64,000 bases of DNA from Cenococcum geophilum (taxonomy: Eukaryota): the NCBI GenBank assembly GCA_050273025.1, contig CP158635.1, positions 1-64,000 on the forward strand. The letters are read 5' to 3'. Shown piece after piece: positions 24,801 through 39,484 of this stretch. The translations under genes and the position numbers were made by a program. The notes below the pieces were generated by a model. That model was given only the letters and a program-made list of their open reading frames with translations, ran no database searches and was not told the DNA's origin. Each line of letters starts with the position of its first letter. The stretch's first letter is position 1.

Positions 24801-26378
24801 TGGTTTTGTAGAGTAGCTTGTCGTTAACCCATTCTACCTCGCCCTCGATTATTGCTTTGAAGTGCACCTTTAGGCTGTAGGTTTGAAGGTCTAGCATCCA
24901 CTGCATTGGTCCCTTAGTCCCTCGCACTATGAACTTGTTTATTATCTTAGTTAACGACTTTAGGCATCTTCCCTCCGGTATATCTTAGTGGGCATTGCTA
25001 CGGACGGCGTCTGCGTCGGCAATTAGGGCAGCTTGCACGACTATAAACTGACTAAGCTTTATTATAGCTGATAGTGTCTTAATATATACGCCGCACTCCT
25101 TCTACCCTGCTGCTGTTATACCCTATAGGGCTAATGCACATACCAAGGGACTCTTGTACTCGGTACTGCGTACTCTCTAGTCTAGAAGTGAAAGACAAAA
25201 CACTAGGCAAGCCTTAGCTAAGGGGCTGAGTATATTGCCCTTATATAACCCGGTAGGGGTATTAGTACTACGCTTTGCGGTACGTAGTAGCGCTGACTAG
25301 GTACGCTTTTGTTGGTTGTTAAGTGTGTATCTAGGGCTAACTCTATCTACTACGGGCCATGTCCGTCTAAAGAATATAAGCACTATCTGCTACGGTCTGT
25401 AGTAGTCGTTAGGGGGCTTCTTGCCTTGGTACGATTGGAGGGGTCGGTATTGGTCCTAGTGTACCTGGTCCCGGATAGCTTCGGTCCGTAGAAAGATGCC
25501 GGCCTTTAAGGCTATGGTTTCGTTGTAGGTCTAGTAGAGCTCGGCTATGGCGTTCTATATCGCAGTAAGGGTTAACTCGTTGTCTAGGTTGGGTTTGTTA
25601 ATTAAGGCTAGGAGTGATTCCAACTTGGCGGTGTTAAGGTAGTTATACTACCCGGTATATTTTACCCAGGGGTCTATCTTAAAGACATTTCGGCAGTCTA
25701 TATAGGTGTTCGTCACTTATTCCTTCTCGTTACAGGCGACGAGACTGTCGTGTATAAATGCTAGGAAATTATGGTTGCTGGCTTTAGCAACGTTGTCCGC
25801 CTCCATATCGGTTACGGCTATATTAACGGCAAAGAAGCTTAAGCCGTGTCGGCTTAGGAATAGCCTTTAATAGGCGGTTTGCTTCTAGGGATTAGGTATA
25901 GTCCGTTCGGTCAGTTATCTGGTAGTATTAGTTAGGCGGCCCTTACACGCGTATTTCTTCCACGAGTGTTAATCTCAGCAGTGTGTAGCCATTTTCTTCG
26001 TACTTCTATATATATATCGGTAGATTTCCGGTGTAAGCTAGTAGAGGAGCCCGTTGTAATATATATTTAGGTAAGGGATAGGTTGCTTAAGGGTCCGGAG
26101 ATTCGGTAATTTGTTAGGTTTATAGACAAGTTAGTTTAGGGCTTAGACAAGGCGTGCCAGTTCTTAGAGTTCGACTTTATTCAGCCGGTGGTAGATGCCG
26201 CTAAAATGTTAGCGGACTTCGGAAGGCCATACCGCATATTAACAATTGGGAGCGGTGTAGACGATAATTTAGTATTCCGGTAGATGGATTAGATTCTCTA
26301 TATATTTAATAAATGCTGTTTCCCTATATATAGCTATTTGGTGTACTTACTGTGGATTATAACTTTAGCCAAGGGCAT
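21877..26378 (-). pseudogene. Telomere-linked RecQ-like helicase (TLH family): DUF3505-like Zn-binding N-terminus, central YR-like region, RecQ core, Cys-rich C-terminus; RIP-inactivated, copy 1
   Basis: ATG at 26378, intron 26350-26298, NC(Q)YAVWPSEVR(Q)HFSGIYH; GGQPARGTEILSIR; IGGGKSLIFILPA (motif I, about 23535-23575); IIIDKYH (RIP form of DECH); LLIATLPP; IATSSLGLGVDVPGI; CRRVVLNKYLDG..C..YDVC. Confidence 0.93.
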
Positions 26379-26540
26379 TTTTAGGAAGGCTTCCGGAAAT
26401 ACTCCCTGGTAAGTTTTATATTGCTATTTATAGTGTTCTAGTTTCGGTTCTTAGGGGGAAGGTATAAAAGCGCGTAGCCGAAGCTTGGCCTTAATGCGAT
26501 TCCTTGACGCGATTTCCTACTTTAATAATATCCCACCGCT

Positions 26541-28046
26541 ATGGCTGCATCAATTTTAGCCCTAGGCGTGACGCCTTAAGAGACACGGACGTTCCTTCTA
26601 CGTTCACTTCCGGCATTGTTTATCGGCACCGATATGCCTATAGTATAGGTGCGCGACAGTACTAACCCTAGCCTCTCGTTCTTCGTTACAAAGTCACCGG
26701 AAGATACGTTATAGTAAATCCGCCGGTCCTATAGGCCTAAAGTGCTTTTATAACTTAAACCCGAACCAGTTAATGCAGATAACGCCAGTCTAGACTCTCG
26801 GCCGTAAAGTAAGGACGACAGCAACTATAGTAGCCCGGTATGGTTTCGGTCTACAGCTAGTATTATAGACAACGGTCCACGGGACATAAGCGATAAGAGT
26901 GCCTGCCGTAGGGGCAAAAGGCTAAGGCTAATATCTAATGCTTCTCTATCTTAACCGCCTGCTAGGCGTGCTTGGGACCATATAACTACACCGGGCCCGG
27001 AGTATATTATAACGGTCGGTAATATAAACAGGCGTAAGGAAAGGGATAGGCGTAGGAGGTTAGAAAATAAGCTCTCGGAGGTGTTCGTAACTAAGGAAGA
27101 GGATAGCATATAGAATGTATATATGCAGGAGAACGGAAGGAAGCTTAGCTGGTTAGCTAAACAGGCTAACTGTATAGGAATAGGTAGATAAGAGGCGTCG
27201 GCGTTAGTCTATAGGGCAAGCGCTATCGGCAGCGGCGAAGCTGTTAAAAACATTAAGGCTGTACTTACCTACTGGCGAAAAAATAGCACTATAGATTTGA
27301 ACTGGCAGACTGGTCCCCAGTCATCCTCGCATCCTCCCCAATCGTCGTCGTAGTCCTTAGTTGCTTCTACGTCCGGCAGCCAGAATATAAACGCGGCGCT
27401 GTCGGGCTTCCGAAAGGCTTTCTTTAACGTTGCTAGTATTAAAGCAACCAGAATACTTTAGGAGATTCTCTATCGTCATCATCTCGCACACCTCTACAAT
27501 TGCTATTGAAATGCGGAAGCACTCCTGGATTGTACGCGATTAAGTGCACAGGGTAGAGGTGTTGGCGACGCGTCTTTGGTTAAGTAGTAGCTCTTTAAGG
27601 CACTCTACCCATCCACGGATACGCCTTCTTTATCGCTGGCCAACTCCTCTGCTCTATCTAATAAGCAATAGCGGTACTTTACAAAGTGTCTTTATAAGGG
27701 CTATCGATGGTATTGTATATAGGAGGCACTTGGTTCTAGCATTTTTGCTCTTATTCCTACATCTAAAATACCTTATTCTTTTATGGAGCGGCTCTTATTA
27801 GGTATATTCGACGTATTTCTTAACCTTATCTAGCGGTTTTACCTAGACGCCGTTAAGTTTGGTCGACTAATAGAAGACTTTATACAAAATGCATTAGCGG
27901 GCCGGCAGCCACCTCATGGTTATCTTCCTATTAAAGATATAAGTGATAATCAACTGTAGGAAATGGATCTTTCCGACGTACTCTAGCTATTTAACCGTTA
28001 TCCTGCGCTAGCTATTGAGGATATTTCTTTCTCACCTATTCCTTAA
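26541..28046 (+). pseudogene. Hypothetical gene divergent from TLH, RIP-inactivated, copy 1
   Basis: ATG at 26541, probable intron about 27117-27177 (GTATAT..GCTAAC..TAG); long protein-like frame ASAIGSGEAVKNIKAVLTYWRKN..EILYRHHLAHLY..KGYRWYCI(Q)EALGSSIFALIP broken almost only by TAG/TAA. 3' end uncertain. Confidence 0.65.
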
Positions 28047-28541
28047 GTTGGTGGGATTAATTTCTTTCATTATAGTAGTATTATTGGGTATATATAGTAA
28101 ATATAGACATTTTATAAAAGCCTTTCTAAAAATCTGCAGATTAAGGCTTGGTACGTAGCTTGAATTAGGCGGTCGGCGCTATTTAACGCACTTAGGGCGT
28201 ACGGCGAATCGCAGCCTTATCTCTTATCGGCACTACAATTTTAGCGCACGCGAGTTAGATCGGTGTAACCGTCCCCTAATCCCCCCTTTATCTAAACCAA
28301 ATCGACTACTCCACTATATCGCGACCGTATATGCATATTGGTGGGATTTTGGAATTTTTAGATGGGTAGGATCGTAGCCAAGGTATAGCTATAGGCCCTA
28401 CTAAAATTGCATCCGGATTGGAGCTCGTTTAGGGTACAGTTCCCTTATAGTTTTGTAAATAGTTCCACCCTACCTTTAGTTAGAAACCTTAGCCGGTAAA
28501 AATTAGTTCTACCCATAGTACGGTACCGAAAAGGCTTATAA

Positions 28542-28672
28542 TAGTTACCTATCCTAATTACCCCGTTCTAATTACCCCGTCCTAATTACCTTATCCTAGT
28601 TACCCTGTTTTAGTTACCTTGTTCTAGTTACCCCGTTCTAGTTACCCTATCCTAGTTACCCCGTCCTAGTTA
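28542..28672 (+). repeat. 14-bp minisatellite, copy 2, at the tandem junction
   Basis: Same array as 342-472 at offset 28200. Confidence 0.9.
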
Positions 28673-31600
28673 ATATTATTTTACTTACTATTACTATTTA
28701 AATTATTACTAAATACTACTATCCTATAAATATATACCTATAATGCCTATTTTTCGGAAGCCTTTTAAAAATATCCCCTATTATCCTATAGCCGTTTCCT
28801 TATAACTGCTAATATATATAATATAATTATTAACCTAACTTATATTATTAACCTACTTAACTTACTTACTAACTCCCTATTATATACTCCTCTTTCTCCT
28901 TTCCCTAACTAATACCTATATATATATATTCTCTTTTCTTTATAACTTCTCCTTTTCTAACCTACTTTTTATAATTAATAGTAATCTTAATAAACTTATA
29001 AAACTTCTATATCTATAGAAAATATAATTATTAAATATTAAAAATATTAAGAAACTCTATCTTAACCAAATATACCTAAGCCTAAATTTAAAATATATTA
29101 TAATATAATATATATAACTAATATATATAACATTATAAACGCCCTAGTAAAACCTAATCTAATACTATAACTTACTAATATAATCTAACTCTACCAAAAA
29201 TTCTCTTTTTTTTGCCCCTATACTATAAAAACTAACTCTACTTCTACTCTACTTACTTAATACTTAGTAGAATGCCTCCTTATACTTCCTATATTAGAAA
29301 ACCTTAATATTTAACCTGTTATAAGTTTTGGAATACTAGAAAAGACCCTATAAACCTCTATAACCTTATAAAATCAATACCTGCTAATATATGGAAATAA
29401 TCTCTTATAGTTTAAGAAGAGCCCCTTACTACTAGCCTTCTACCTTCTAAAATCTATTATTTAGTTTTTGTAAAGGAGAAGAACGGAAGACCTTTAGTTT
29501 TATTAGCTAATAACCTTATAGATATCTTTAAGACTTATACACTTAATAAGGAGAATTATAAGAAATAGTAATATTATGTCACTATAGAGGAAGCTTTTAA
29601 ACCTTATAGAAGAATAATAAAGACCTAACTTTAAGTACGAAACTTTTTATACTGTAATTAGTACTAGAGTTAGAGTTAATTTAATACTAGAATTGATTAT
29701 TTCTTAATGCCGTTATATTTTTTGCCTAAAGCATTAGTATCCGATTACTTTTTACCACCGCCCCTTTTCCTACTAATATCCTATAACACTTAGACTATAC
29801 GTAAACACCAGAATTAAAATTATCTATATAGCTATAGAGTTTTAATCCCATTAATTCTATTGCCTAGCTTTTATTAATAATACTAAAACAAAATCTATTA
29901 GGGGAAGGGGTACTATAAGGGGGGATTTTTCGGAAGCCTTTCTAGAAATCCTCTACTTATAACCTTCTCTTTTATAATAACCCCTTTATTATACTATAGA
30001 ATCTATTATCCTATAATTCTATCTTATATAGAGTATGCTACCTACCCTATTTCTACCTCTTATTAAAATCTACCACTAGTTGCCTTTAATCTTCGTTAAT
30101 ACTTCCTAAATACCCTTACTAATACTAATAGCTTCCTTTAAGTCTTTATTAGCTAGTAATATTTATACTCCTTTACTAATTGCTAATAATAGATCTAATT
30201 ACTAACCTCCTATACCCTTATAGTGTTAGTTCTTTTTACTTATCTATTATAATTTAGCACTTATAAATCTGATTTACTAGAACTTAATATAAACCCTAAT
30301 ATATACTTCTTGTCCTATATACCGTAGGACGTTAAACGGAGTTTTATACATCCCTATTAAGATCCTATATTACTTAGTATACTGCTATTATATTGTAACC
30401 CTATACTAATAACGGAATTACCCGCTTTTACAGCTCCTTAACTTTACTAACCTATACTTTATCTTTGGCGAGTTCCTCTAGTATCTAGCTCTTAGCTTTA
30501 AGAAGTACTCTATTAACTATAAATCGACTTATAATACTCTTTATTATCGGTACTAGCGATTTAAGCATCTATATATATTAGTATATATTGGAACCATATA
30601 ATATAGCTATCTTATACCTAAAAGCATTTATTTTTATCTTAAAGGCATAAGCAATATGGTTAAGCGCTATTGGTAAAATTAAGGTTAAAGTATTTATAGC
30701 TTTCTATGCTAATAAATATGTACTAGTTAGGAACACAATCGACCTAAAACGCTTTAAATGCCGTTATTAAGCATACTATGCACATATTAGCGTTTGGCTT
30801 TACCTTTAAGATTATATTATTATATTATTATTTAAGGATATTAAGGAATGCTGGGTCGGGCCTTTAAGCAAGTAGGGTTAAGAGTAGTATCTATGGCATC
30901 CTAAAATTAAAATTAATAAAGGATGCTTAGAATAGAGTTAAATTTAATATTTAGGTTCTATTCCGTGATAAGCTTTTAAAAGTTTAGGATTTTAATTAGA
31001 AAAAAAAAATTTATATACTTTAGATTATGTAAGCGATCTATTATATAATTTAAATCCAATTATTATCCTTTAAAACTACCTTACTGCTAATAATACTATA
31101 TCACTATATTTTATATTATACTTCTCTAAACTGTATACCCTTTTTTAAAATCCCTAAATAAAAATATATATATTATAGAACTTATCTATAATACCTCTTT
31201 TTCTACTACTTTATATCTATTAATCTATTTTCTACTATTTTCTAAACTATATTGTACTAACCTACTATTAAAACTTACCTATTATATATTTTAAATATAA
31301 TTACCCTTTTTAGAATACTTTGGTCCAATATATACTATATTTTATTTCCTAGTATACTACCTATAGACATTTTTAGGAAGCCTTTCTAAAAACTCCCTTT
31401 AATCTATGTTATATAATATATTAATCTATTATAATATACTACTATTTATTTCCACTTTATAGAGATATTTTTATTATAATACGATATATTTAATTACTCT
31501 ATAAACCCGATCACTAATTTTAAATTAATATTAGATATCTCTAATACCCAACTTAAGAAGTCCTCTATATATAATTTAAAACCATTAGCCCTATATCTAA

Positions 31601-34384
31601 AGAAGTAAACTTAAAGTTACTCTAACTTAAACCTATCTACCGCAGCCTCTAGCTCTGTACTAGCCGCTTTATACTATTTAGACTTATGCCTAAAAAGTAA
31701 TGTCCTAACCCCTTCCGCAAGTACAACTATTAGCGCCGCTTTATTAACTGCTATAGTATTAGGGTAACTATTGCCAAACTCCTTATAGATATCCTAATAA
31801 ATATTAGTTTACTAAGCTAGTATAGCTTAGGATTAATAACCGACTATAGTAGCATTTATATAAGGTTTGGTTTTAGCTTTATTATTAATAAAGGACGTAG
31901 CGCTAGAGTGCAACATAATTTAAGAACTGGGTCCATATTTTTCAATAGATATACTATATTAGTTATTATAATGTTAGGGTTATAATATATAGTGGACTTA
32001 CGTTCGCATTAGAGCTAGTGCTAGTTCTTTAGTCTTATAGCGCTACTTGTTATTAGCCTATAGTCTAGGGTATATATTAACTCTAGCTAAGGGTGGCTTC
32101 CCATTAATAAGTAATCTGCCTATTATGGCCTTTATAGTATTAGCATGCTTTTTAAGGACCTATTTATTATAAGTTAGAGTAGTAAAGTGTATATTAGTAT
32201 AAACTTACTTAATAGCAGTTGTTGTCTAGAATAAAGCAATTAATGCATTATTAATAGGGATAGTTAGGGTTAGTAAAGAAACGGACTTAATCCTTATATA
32301 CATATTTTTTATAATTTTTATAATTTAAATTTTATATCTATTTTTCTAAGTCCATTTTACTTTAGGAAAGAATAAATTATTTTTACTAATAAAGGATCTA
32401 ACTAAGTAAGGCATATAGTTAATCATTAGTTTATAAAACAATAGTATAGGTAAGAAAGGTATGGCCTATAACTAAGGTACTAAAAACACTTTTAGAAAGC
32501 CTTTAGATAAATATCTAAGTAGTAGCTATAGTAAAATAAAAGAAAGACGAACTATATATAATATAGGTATAATACTTAATTTTATAAATGGCTAGGTATA
32601 AGTAGTAAAGGATAAGTTAAGGAAGGAAGAGGTAGTTAGAGTAGTAATTAGGTTTAATAATATAAGATAATATTTAGGGAGAGATCCTTTAATAGATATT
32701 AAATTTAAAATATATAATAGGTAAGTTCTAATAGTAGGGAAGTAGAATATAGTTAAAATAGAAAATAGATAGAAAGTAGTGGAAATAGGTATTATAGGTA
32801 AGTTCTATAATATAGATATTTTTAGAAAGGCTTCCTAAAAAGTATATATAGTAAAGGGAACTTTAGAAAGGTTAATAGTATTATATAGCTAATAAAATTC
32901 TAGTAAGGACCTAAATATAGAGTAACTATAATATATTAATATACTTAGTATCAACAATAGCACGTAGGCTGTTAGTATTGACGTTCCTTATTATAATAAT
33001 GCAGCGACCTTTAGGGATAATAGCTATGCGGTCTATAATTAGCTAACCTAAAGTGGTGTTATATAGGCTAATATATAGCAGGTTTCTAAAGACCTTACTA
33101 GGCGTATAAAGTTAAAGGAAGCTACTTTACTATATACTATCGTTAAGGGTATCTAGGCTTTACTTATATAGCGCTGGTCTAGTAAGGCCTATACTGCCCG
33201 CGAGAAGCTTAAAGACGTAATTATTAACGCTTAAATAAATAAATATGTATAGCCCTAAATAAGTCCTTCTAAGACGAGAACAGTGGTTAGGATACGGAAG
33301 ATAGTAATAGTCGAGTATAATGGTAATAAATGGTCGTAATCCTAGATACTATAATATTTGTAGGCTTTACTCTAGGTAATAGGCCAGATTAGTACAGTAT
33401 ATACTTATATATCTCTCCATACCCAGTAGTATAGCTAAATGGTTAATATCTGCTTAAATAGCATTACCGCAATAACGCCAAAGAGCTTTTTAGAAAGCCT
33501 TCTAGAATATACCTATAAGCGTTAGTTATAAAGCAACGGATATATACTATAGATACTAATATAGTATAGAAGTATATAAGTATAATGGCTAGTTAACGCA
33601 AGCTACTAATAACGGATAAATGTTTTTTATAGTATATTAAGTGTATAAAACAAAATGGGTATTACTTATATAGTTATTAATTAAGGTAGAAGTCTTCGTA
33701 TTGCTAACTACCTCTTCTATATAGGGGGGCTGGTGGTAGTAATAACTAAAGTCTAAGTAGGGATATACGCTAGTAAATAAGTACTAGAGCACGGATTAGT
33801 TGGTGCTTTATTAGGAGCCTTTTATAAAAGGATTTTAGCCAACGCCACTAGGAGTAAATAGGTCTGTTAGTTAACTAAGCAATTTTAAGGTCCTAAAGGT
33901 ATTAGCACTAAATACTAAAGTAAGAAAGTAGAAAAGCAAGAAAGTAAGATAGGGAAGTAAAAAAGAAAATATTTAGACGGTATACCGTTAAAAGGGAATA
34001 TAAAAGGATGGCCGTTAAAATAACGCCTAAAAGATTTAACTAGAGTAAGAAAGAAATATAGAAAGCCTTTTTAAAAAGCTAACTGGAGGCTGTTATGGTT
34101 ATTTATAAGGAGGTAATAAGACCAAAAATCTGGCGCGCTAATGCTAGTGGTTAGTATAAGAGCGAAGCTAAGAGTAGGCTAATAGGAAATCAGCGTCTAA
34201 GTGGGAAGATAGTAATACTAACCCTATTAAAGAAAGATGCTTAGTAGAAACCTAATCTAGGTAAAAATTCCAGTAGTAAAGAATGTAGGAAATTGTAAAG
34301 ACTTATAAAAATACTAATATGGACTTATCTAGGAAGCCTTCCAATAAAAGTCTAACTGGTAATTGCGGTATTGGGTAAGTAGGA

Positions 34385-37300
34385 CTATATATACTTATTA
34401 TTAGGGGCGGTTATTCTACTAATGTTTAGGTCGACCTTAGCGCGCTTCTATAGGTTTTTGCTAAAGGATACTATAGTAGTAGTAGAAGTAGCGGGCCTGG
34501 TGTTTTACTGCTTAGCCCGTAATATTTTTAGTTTACTAGCTTTAGTCTTAATAATAGGCGCCTTTTTAGCTCGCACCTTAGGGCTAGCAGCCTTAATAGG
34601 TTTTTTACCTGCTATACGCGAGCGTATTTTCCGTGTAGCTATTACAGGCGCTATACCGGTATTAGAACCTACATCTTCATTATCTTTAACCTTACTAGGC
34701 GTAGCCTTACGCTTATATCTTAATGCTCTTAGCTTACGCTTAGGACCTTTATCCTTATTGTCTTCTATTTCCAATTAGACTTCTAAATTAAATTCTACGG
34801 TTAGATAGAGGTTTTTCTGGAAGGCTTTACTAAAACCTCTATATTAGACAGCCCGGCGGCCGCGTTAAGTTATAAAAAACTAGATTAGAACTTCTTTGGG
34901 TTTAAGTAGGGGTTTGTCTAGCAGCTCTTATAGGATGTTAGGATTTAATAAATGCTATAGTTTTCCTTTATCGTCTAGGTGGAAACCTTTTAGGGACGTT
35001 AAATTAAAGACGTTCTCTAGCCCGAGCGTTATATAATCATATATATAGGTTTTAGAAACTTAATCTTTATTAATTATAGCTATTAGATTAGGAAGGGCGC
35101 GAAGGATCTAGGTATTTACTACCTTTTTATTAAATATCTACCGCACGTAGTATTTAATAACTATAACCTTATAGGGCTGTCCTAATTAATATATACGCCT
35201 AATTGCTTGCTTTTACGCGTTTACGCTAGGCGCCGGGTTAAATAGGTGGATATTATAGCAGCTTTACTGCAAGTTTAGACCGGCACTATTTACTATATAG
35301 TTGGCGATTAGGACCTAGCAGACGTTTAATAAGTTAAAATTTTTAATAAGATTAGATTTCTGGCCCTAAGTAAGGTCGGAGGCTAGTACGCGGGTATTAA
35401 TGCTAAAAGATATAAATATCTCGCGGATAATTAGCTGCTTTAGCGGGTATAGTAACTAGATAATTACTTTTTTCTTACGTTTAACAACCTAGTCGGCTAT
35501 ATTAGTGACTAGGGCGCTTAACCGGGATAAGTATTATAGGACAGCCCTAATAAGCAGTAGAATATTAGACGCCGGCGGGATGTTATACGGCTATATAGCC
35601 GCGGGAAGCTCTAGGGACTTTACTATTTGTTTAAGAATGGTATAGATTATATAAGGGTTCTTTAACTAGCCCTTCTTACTCTTCTTAGGTGGATTTATAG
35701 CTAAGTAAGAGAGCGCTAGTATAGGCTAAGTAGATATTAGCACGAGCGCGTAGTAGCTATTAGTGTTTATAATAACGCGACTGTCCTCTATACGAGTAGT
35801 ATCCGTCGCTATAAGCTTTTTAAGGAAGGCTTCCGCGAATATATTATAGATAGCTTAAGCTATCGGCGGATTGTTAAGGTTAAGAACGATACTTTTATAG
35901 CGAGGGAGCGCCTAGCCGATTATATTTTAGGTGGAACTAATAGGACAGGACGATGTGTACCGCTAATATATAAGATATTACAACCAAATCTGCTTAAGCC
36001 TACGGCCCTACTTAACGCTATCCTCTAGGCTAAGGACGAACGCAGTAAATAACGCCGAGGTTAGTCGTAGTATAGCCGCTGGGTAATTGTCTGCCACCTT
36101 AAAGGGGTCATCGTTCTTCTTAAAGACGGCGCTATTAGGAGTTCTAATTGGGAAGTTAAGCTTTAGTTAAGGCTTAATTAGCGCCGCTAGGCTAAAGTTG
36201 TCCCTAATACCTATAAATAGCGGGGTGGCGCTGCAGAGTATGGTAAAAGGACAATCTATAAACTTAATGGCAATGTGCGCTAGGGAATTGTTATTCCTTA
36301 TATAATAAGCTTTATTAAGCAGAATACTATACTATTAACCTAAAAAATCCCTAGGCTATTTCCTGTCTAGTATCTTAAACTAGTTAATAGGCTAATATAC
36401 TAACCCCCTCGCCTTAAACGTTATTCTATAGGTTTTCTTACGCCACTTCTTAAGTGCGCTCGGGCTGTAACGCGATACGATAGTGCCGTACGTACTGATA
36501 ATAACAACGCGTGCGTTAGCGCGATTACCGTTAAATAGTTTATGCTTCTGCGTAAGGATTTTATTTTAACGCTAAACATCAGCAGCGGCGGATTTTTAGG
36601 TTAATAATTTATTATAGTATACCTAGATATTAAAGACGGGTAAGAATTGCTGTAGCTCTTTAATCTACTGTTTAATAAGTATAAGCGGGATAACTACTAG
36701 GAATGGCTTTGCTAGACCAATTACTTTAAGCGCAGCGGCGTTATATTTTTTAGTAGTGTGGCGGAACGCCTTTTCCTACTTATTAATTATTTAAGAGCTA
36801 GTTAGTAAATAAGAACAATTTTAGGAAGCCTTCTGGAAAGTCTCCTTTAGTATAGGTGGTAGTAGCGACTTATATATAATATATAGCCGGCGAGCTAAAA
36901 AGTCTTACCTAGACCGATAATATCCGCTAGTATTATTCCCCGCATCTTCCCGTGCTTACGTACGTCTATAATAGCATTTATCCTAATAAGCTGCCACCAG
37001 CGGAGCGGCGTCAATAACGACTGGTAAAGGAGATGGGGTTTACGTTAATTTTTAATCCAAAGGTTTTACATGGACTCTTTAATATTGTCCTATTAGTATT
37101 TAGCATTATTTATTAGCTTACTTAGCTTAGCCAGGTTTTTAAAATCCTTTACTATAAGCTAGCCTATATAAACTATATTGTTAGCCCTATTAAGGTCTTT
37201 ATTATCATTATCTTTCTTAGTAGTATTATCCTCTATAACCTATGCCTAGCCGTCTACTATACCTAACCCATCTATCCTTGCGGCTGCGGCGTTATTAAGT

Positions 37301-38574
37301 CCTAACTGCATCCGCTTAGTAACGGCTATTGCTTTATAATATGTCTTTATAAGCTAGCGCATATAGGCATATTATTAGTATTAGTATTTATAGTTTGCTA
37401 CTTAATAAAACTTAGGGGGTAGCTTAAGCTTCATTAACCCGTGGACGTGGTTATCGTCATTATCGCCTATATTAAATATTGCCGGACTAACGGCTATATT
37501 CTTAATTATTAATTACGGGTCTACTATATCTAGTTCTTCTTTATTATAGTTATCGTTGCTATCCGCCGGTAAGGTATCACTAAAGGTACCGCTTAGGTTT
37601 TTATTAGAAGGCTTCCTAAAAGTCTTCTTTCTGGCACATAATTACCTCTTACTTAGGGTATTATTTTCTAAACCCTTAAGCTTACGCTTATTTACTTTAT
37701 ACTTACGTTTTACGACCCTAAAAGGAGCATTATATATATTGGCGCGCTTAAGAATCAACTAGATGCGCTAGTTAGCTATATTTTTAGTTAGGCCTTTACT
37801 AAAGAGAAATCCTTTTTTCCTAAAGTAGAAGGTTTGTCTTATTTTATATAGAAAATTGGCGTAGTAGTTAATAGAGCTCCATCTGTCCTGTTCTCCTAAC
37901 TAGGGATTAAAGAACTTCTAGTTACCGTAATACTCTCCTATAGATAGTGTGTAGACGACCATTTTTAGGTCAAATATACGGGGCTGAGGTTTTTGCGTAT
38001 ATATAGATACCTTATAAGCTGGCTAAAAGACGGCTTTATTAATAGCCTTAAATATAGATATAAATGGTTCGTTCTCTATAATATAGCTTAATTCTTAGGT
38101 GGAGAGATTACAGAAGTTAGCTAGTTTAGGTAAGCTTCTGGCGATATTAGCGTCCTTACCCTCTTTAGTGTCTAGTACTTCTACTACGGTTTTAATATCC
38201 TTTAGGTTAAAATCCTAAAGGAAGTCTGCGCTATCCGCATCTAAATCGGCAGGGTTAGTAGCTACTGCATTACCGCCTATAGTAATTGCTCCAGCAGCAT
38301 CCGTTATTAAATTATCGATACCGCTAAGTACCTTATTAAAATCCTATTATAGGTCTAACGGCGGCGCAAAAAGAGAGCGTGCTGGTAATAGTAATGACGT
38401 TACAGTTTTAGGTGGAGGACTATTTATAGAAGGCTTTTGTAAATATTTCTCTGGTAGTAACGTGCTTAACACTATTAAGGGAGCCACTAGGCTTACGTGT
38501 TTATTCTTAGTAGTAGGTATAGCCGTATTAGGATTGCGGGGCAAGTTAATACTATCCGCTGGGTTATTATCTAT
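34385..38574 (-). pseudogene. SNF2-family ATPase/helicase, RIP-inactivated, copy 2
   Basis: Duplicate of 6494-10683 at offset 27891; includes ORFs 34505-34774 and 38347-38544. Confidence 0.9.
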
Positions 38575-39484
38575 CTTAATTAACTAAGTATAATTTAACT
38601 AACTTTACGGCTTAATCTGTCCATAGTTAGTATTACGCGCAGCCTTAATAATAAAAAAAAAGGTAAGGGTCTAGTAAGACTTATAAGAGGAAATCTGGAA
38701 AGGCTTTTAAAAAAGACTAAAGTAGCTAGAGTAGATACGGCATAAAGCCGCCTAGACGTGTGTTAGGCTAAAAGTATAGTATTAGTAGTATAAACGGTTG
38801 CTTAAATAATAGAATTTAAAATCCAAAATCTAAAATTTAAAATACTAGGTTGGGAATGGCTAAATTAGTTAACTTAAAGAATACGAATTTAAGTTAAAAG
38901 TAGTTAAAGATTTAGAAGTTTAGGTTTATAAACCTCTTAAGATTTTAATTTAGACTAGCGAGCTTATATAATCGCTAAGCCTTTAACTTTTTTATTTATT
39001 TAAGTTGCAAATTTCTATAAATATACCGTATAAATTGGGTATAGGATTACGATATTTATATATAAATATTGCGCTATACGCTTATAAAGTAGTTTAGCGA
39101 AAATCCTAGGGTTACGCGCTAGCCTATTTATATAATACGTAACGCTTAGGCCTACGCGCTTTATAGACTTTTAGGAACTTCACTTTATATACGCCTTTAT
39201 CGGATAACGTTATATACTAGGACTATTTTTTAAAAGGCTTTCTAAATATTGCCTTATATATTACCACCTAGTAAATACTTAGTTAAGGTTTATAAAAGCA
39301 TCCGTATTTTCTATAAGTTGCGCTATAGTAAGGAATAGTAGAACGGATTCCTTTTAAGTATTACCACCGCCCAGATCTCCTATTGGTTGCTGCTTAGCTG
39401 GGCTATAGTAGCATATATAGCCGAAGCTTATAATAGCTAAGCAATTTCCCTATACTCTAACCCCTAAAATCCTTAGACCGTATA

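Larger units (their letters stand above)
342..28546. repeat. ~28.2 kb subtelomeric unit, copy 1 (telomere-side)
   Basis: Colinear with 28542-56447 throughout; offsets are 28200 at the start, 27891 after a 305-bp deletion, 27888 in the middle and 27901 at the end. Differences are mostly C/T and G/A transitions. Confidence 0.97.

Noticed and set aside
28526..28543. ccgaaaaggcttata as a terminal copy of the palindrome
   Set aside because: The right arm needs a non-RIP change; too degenerate to count.
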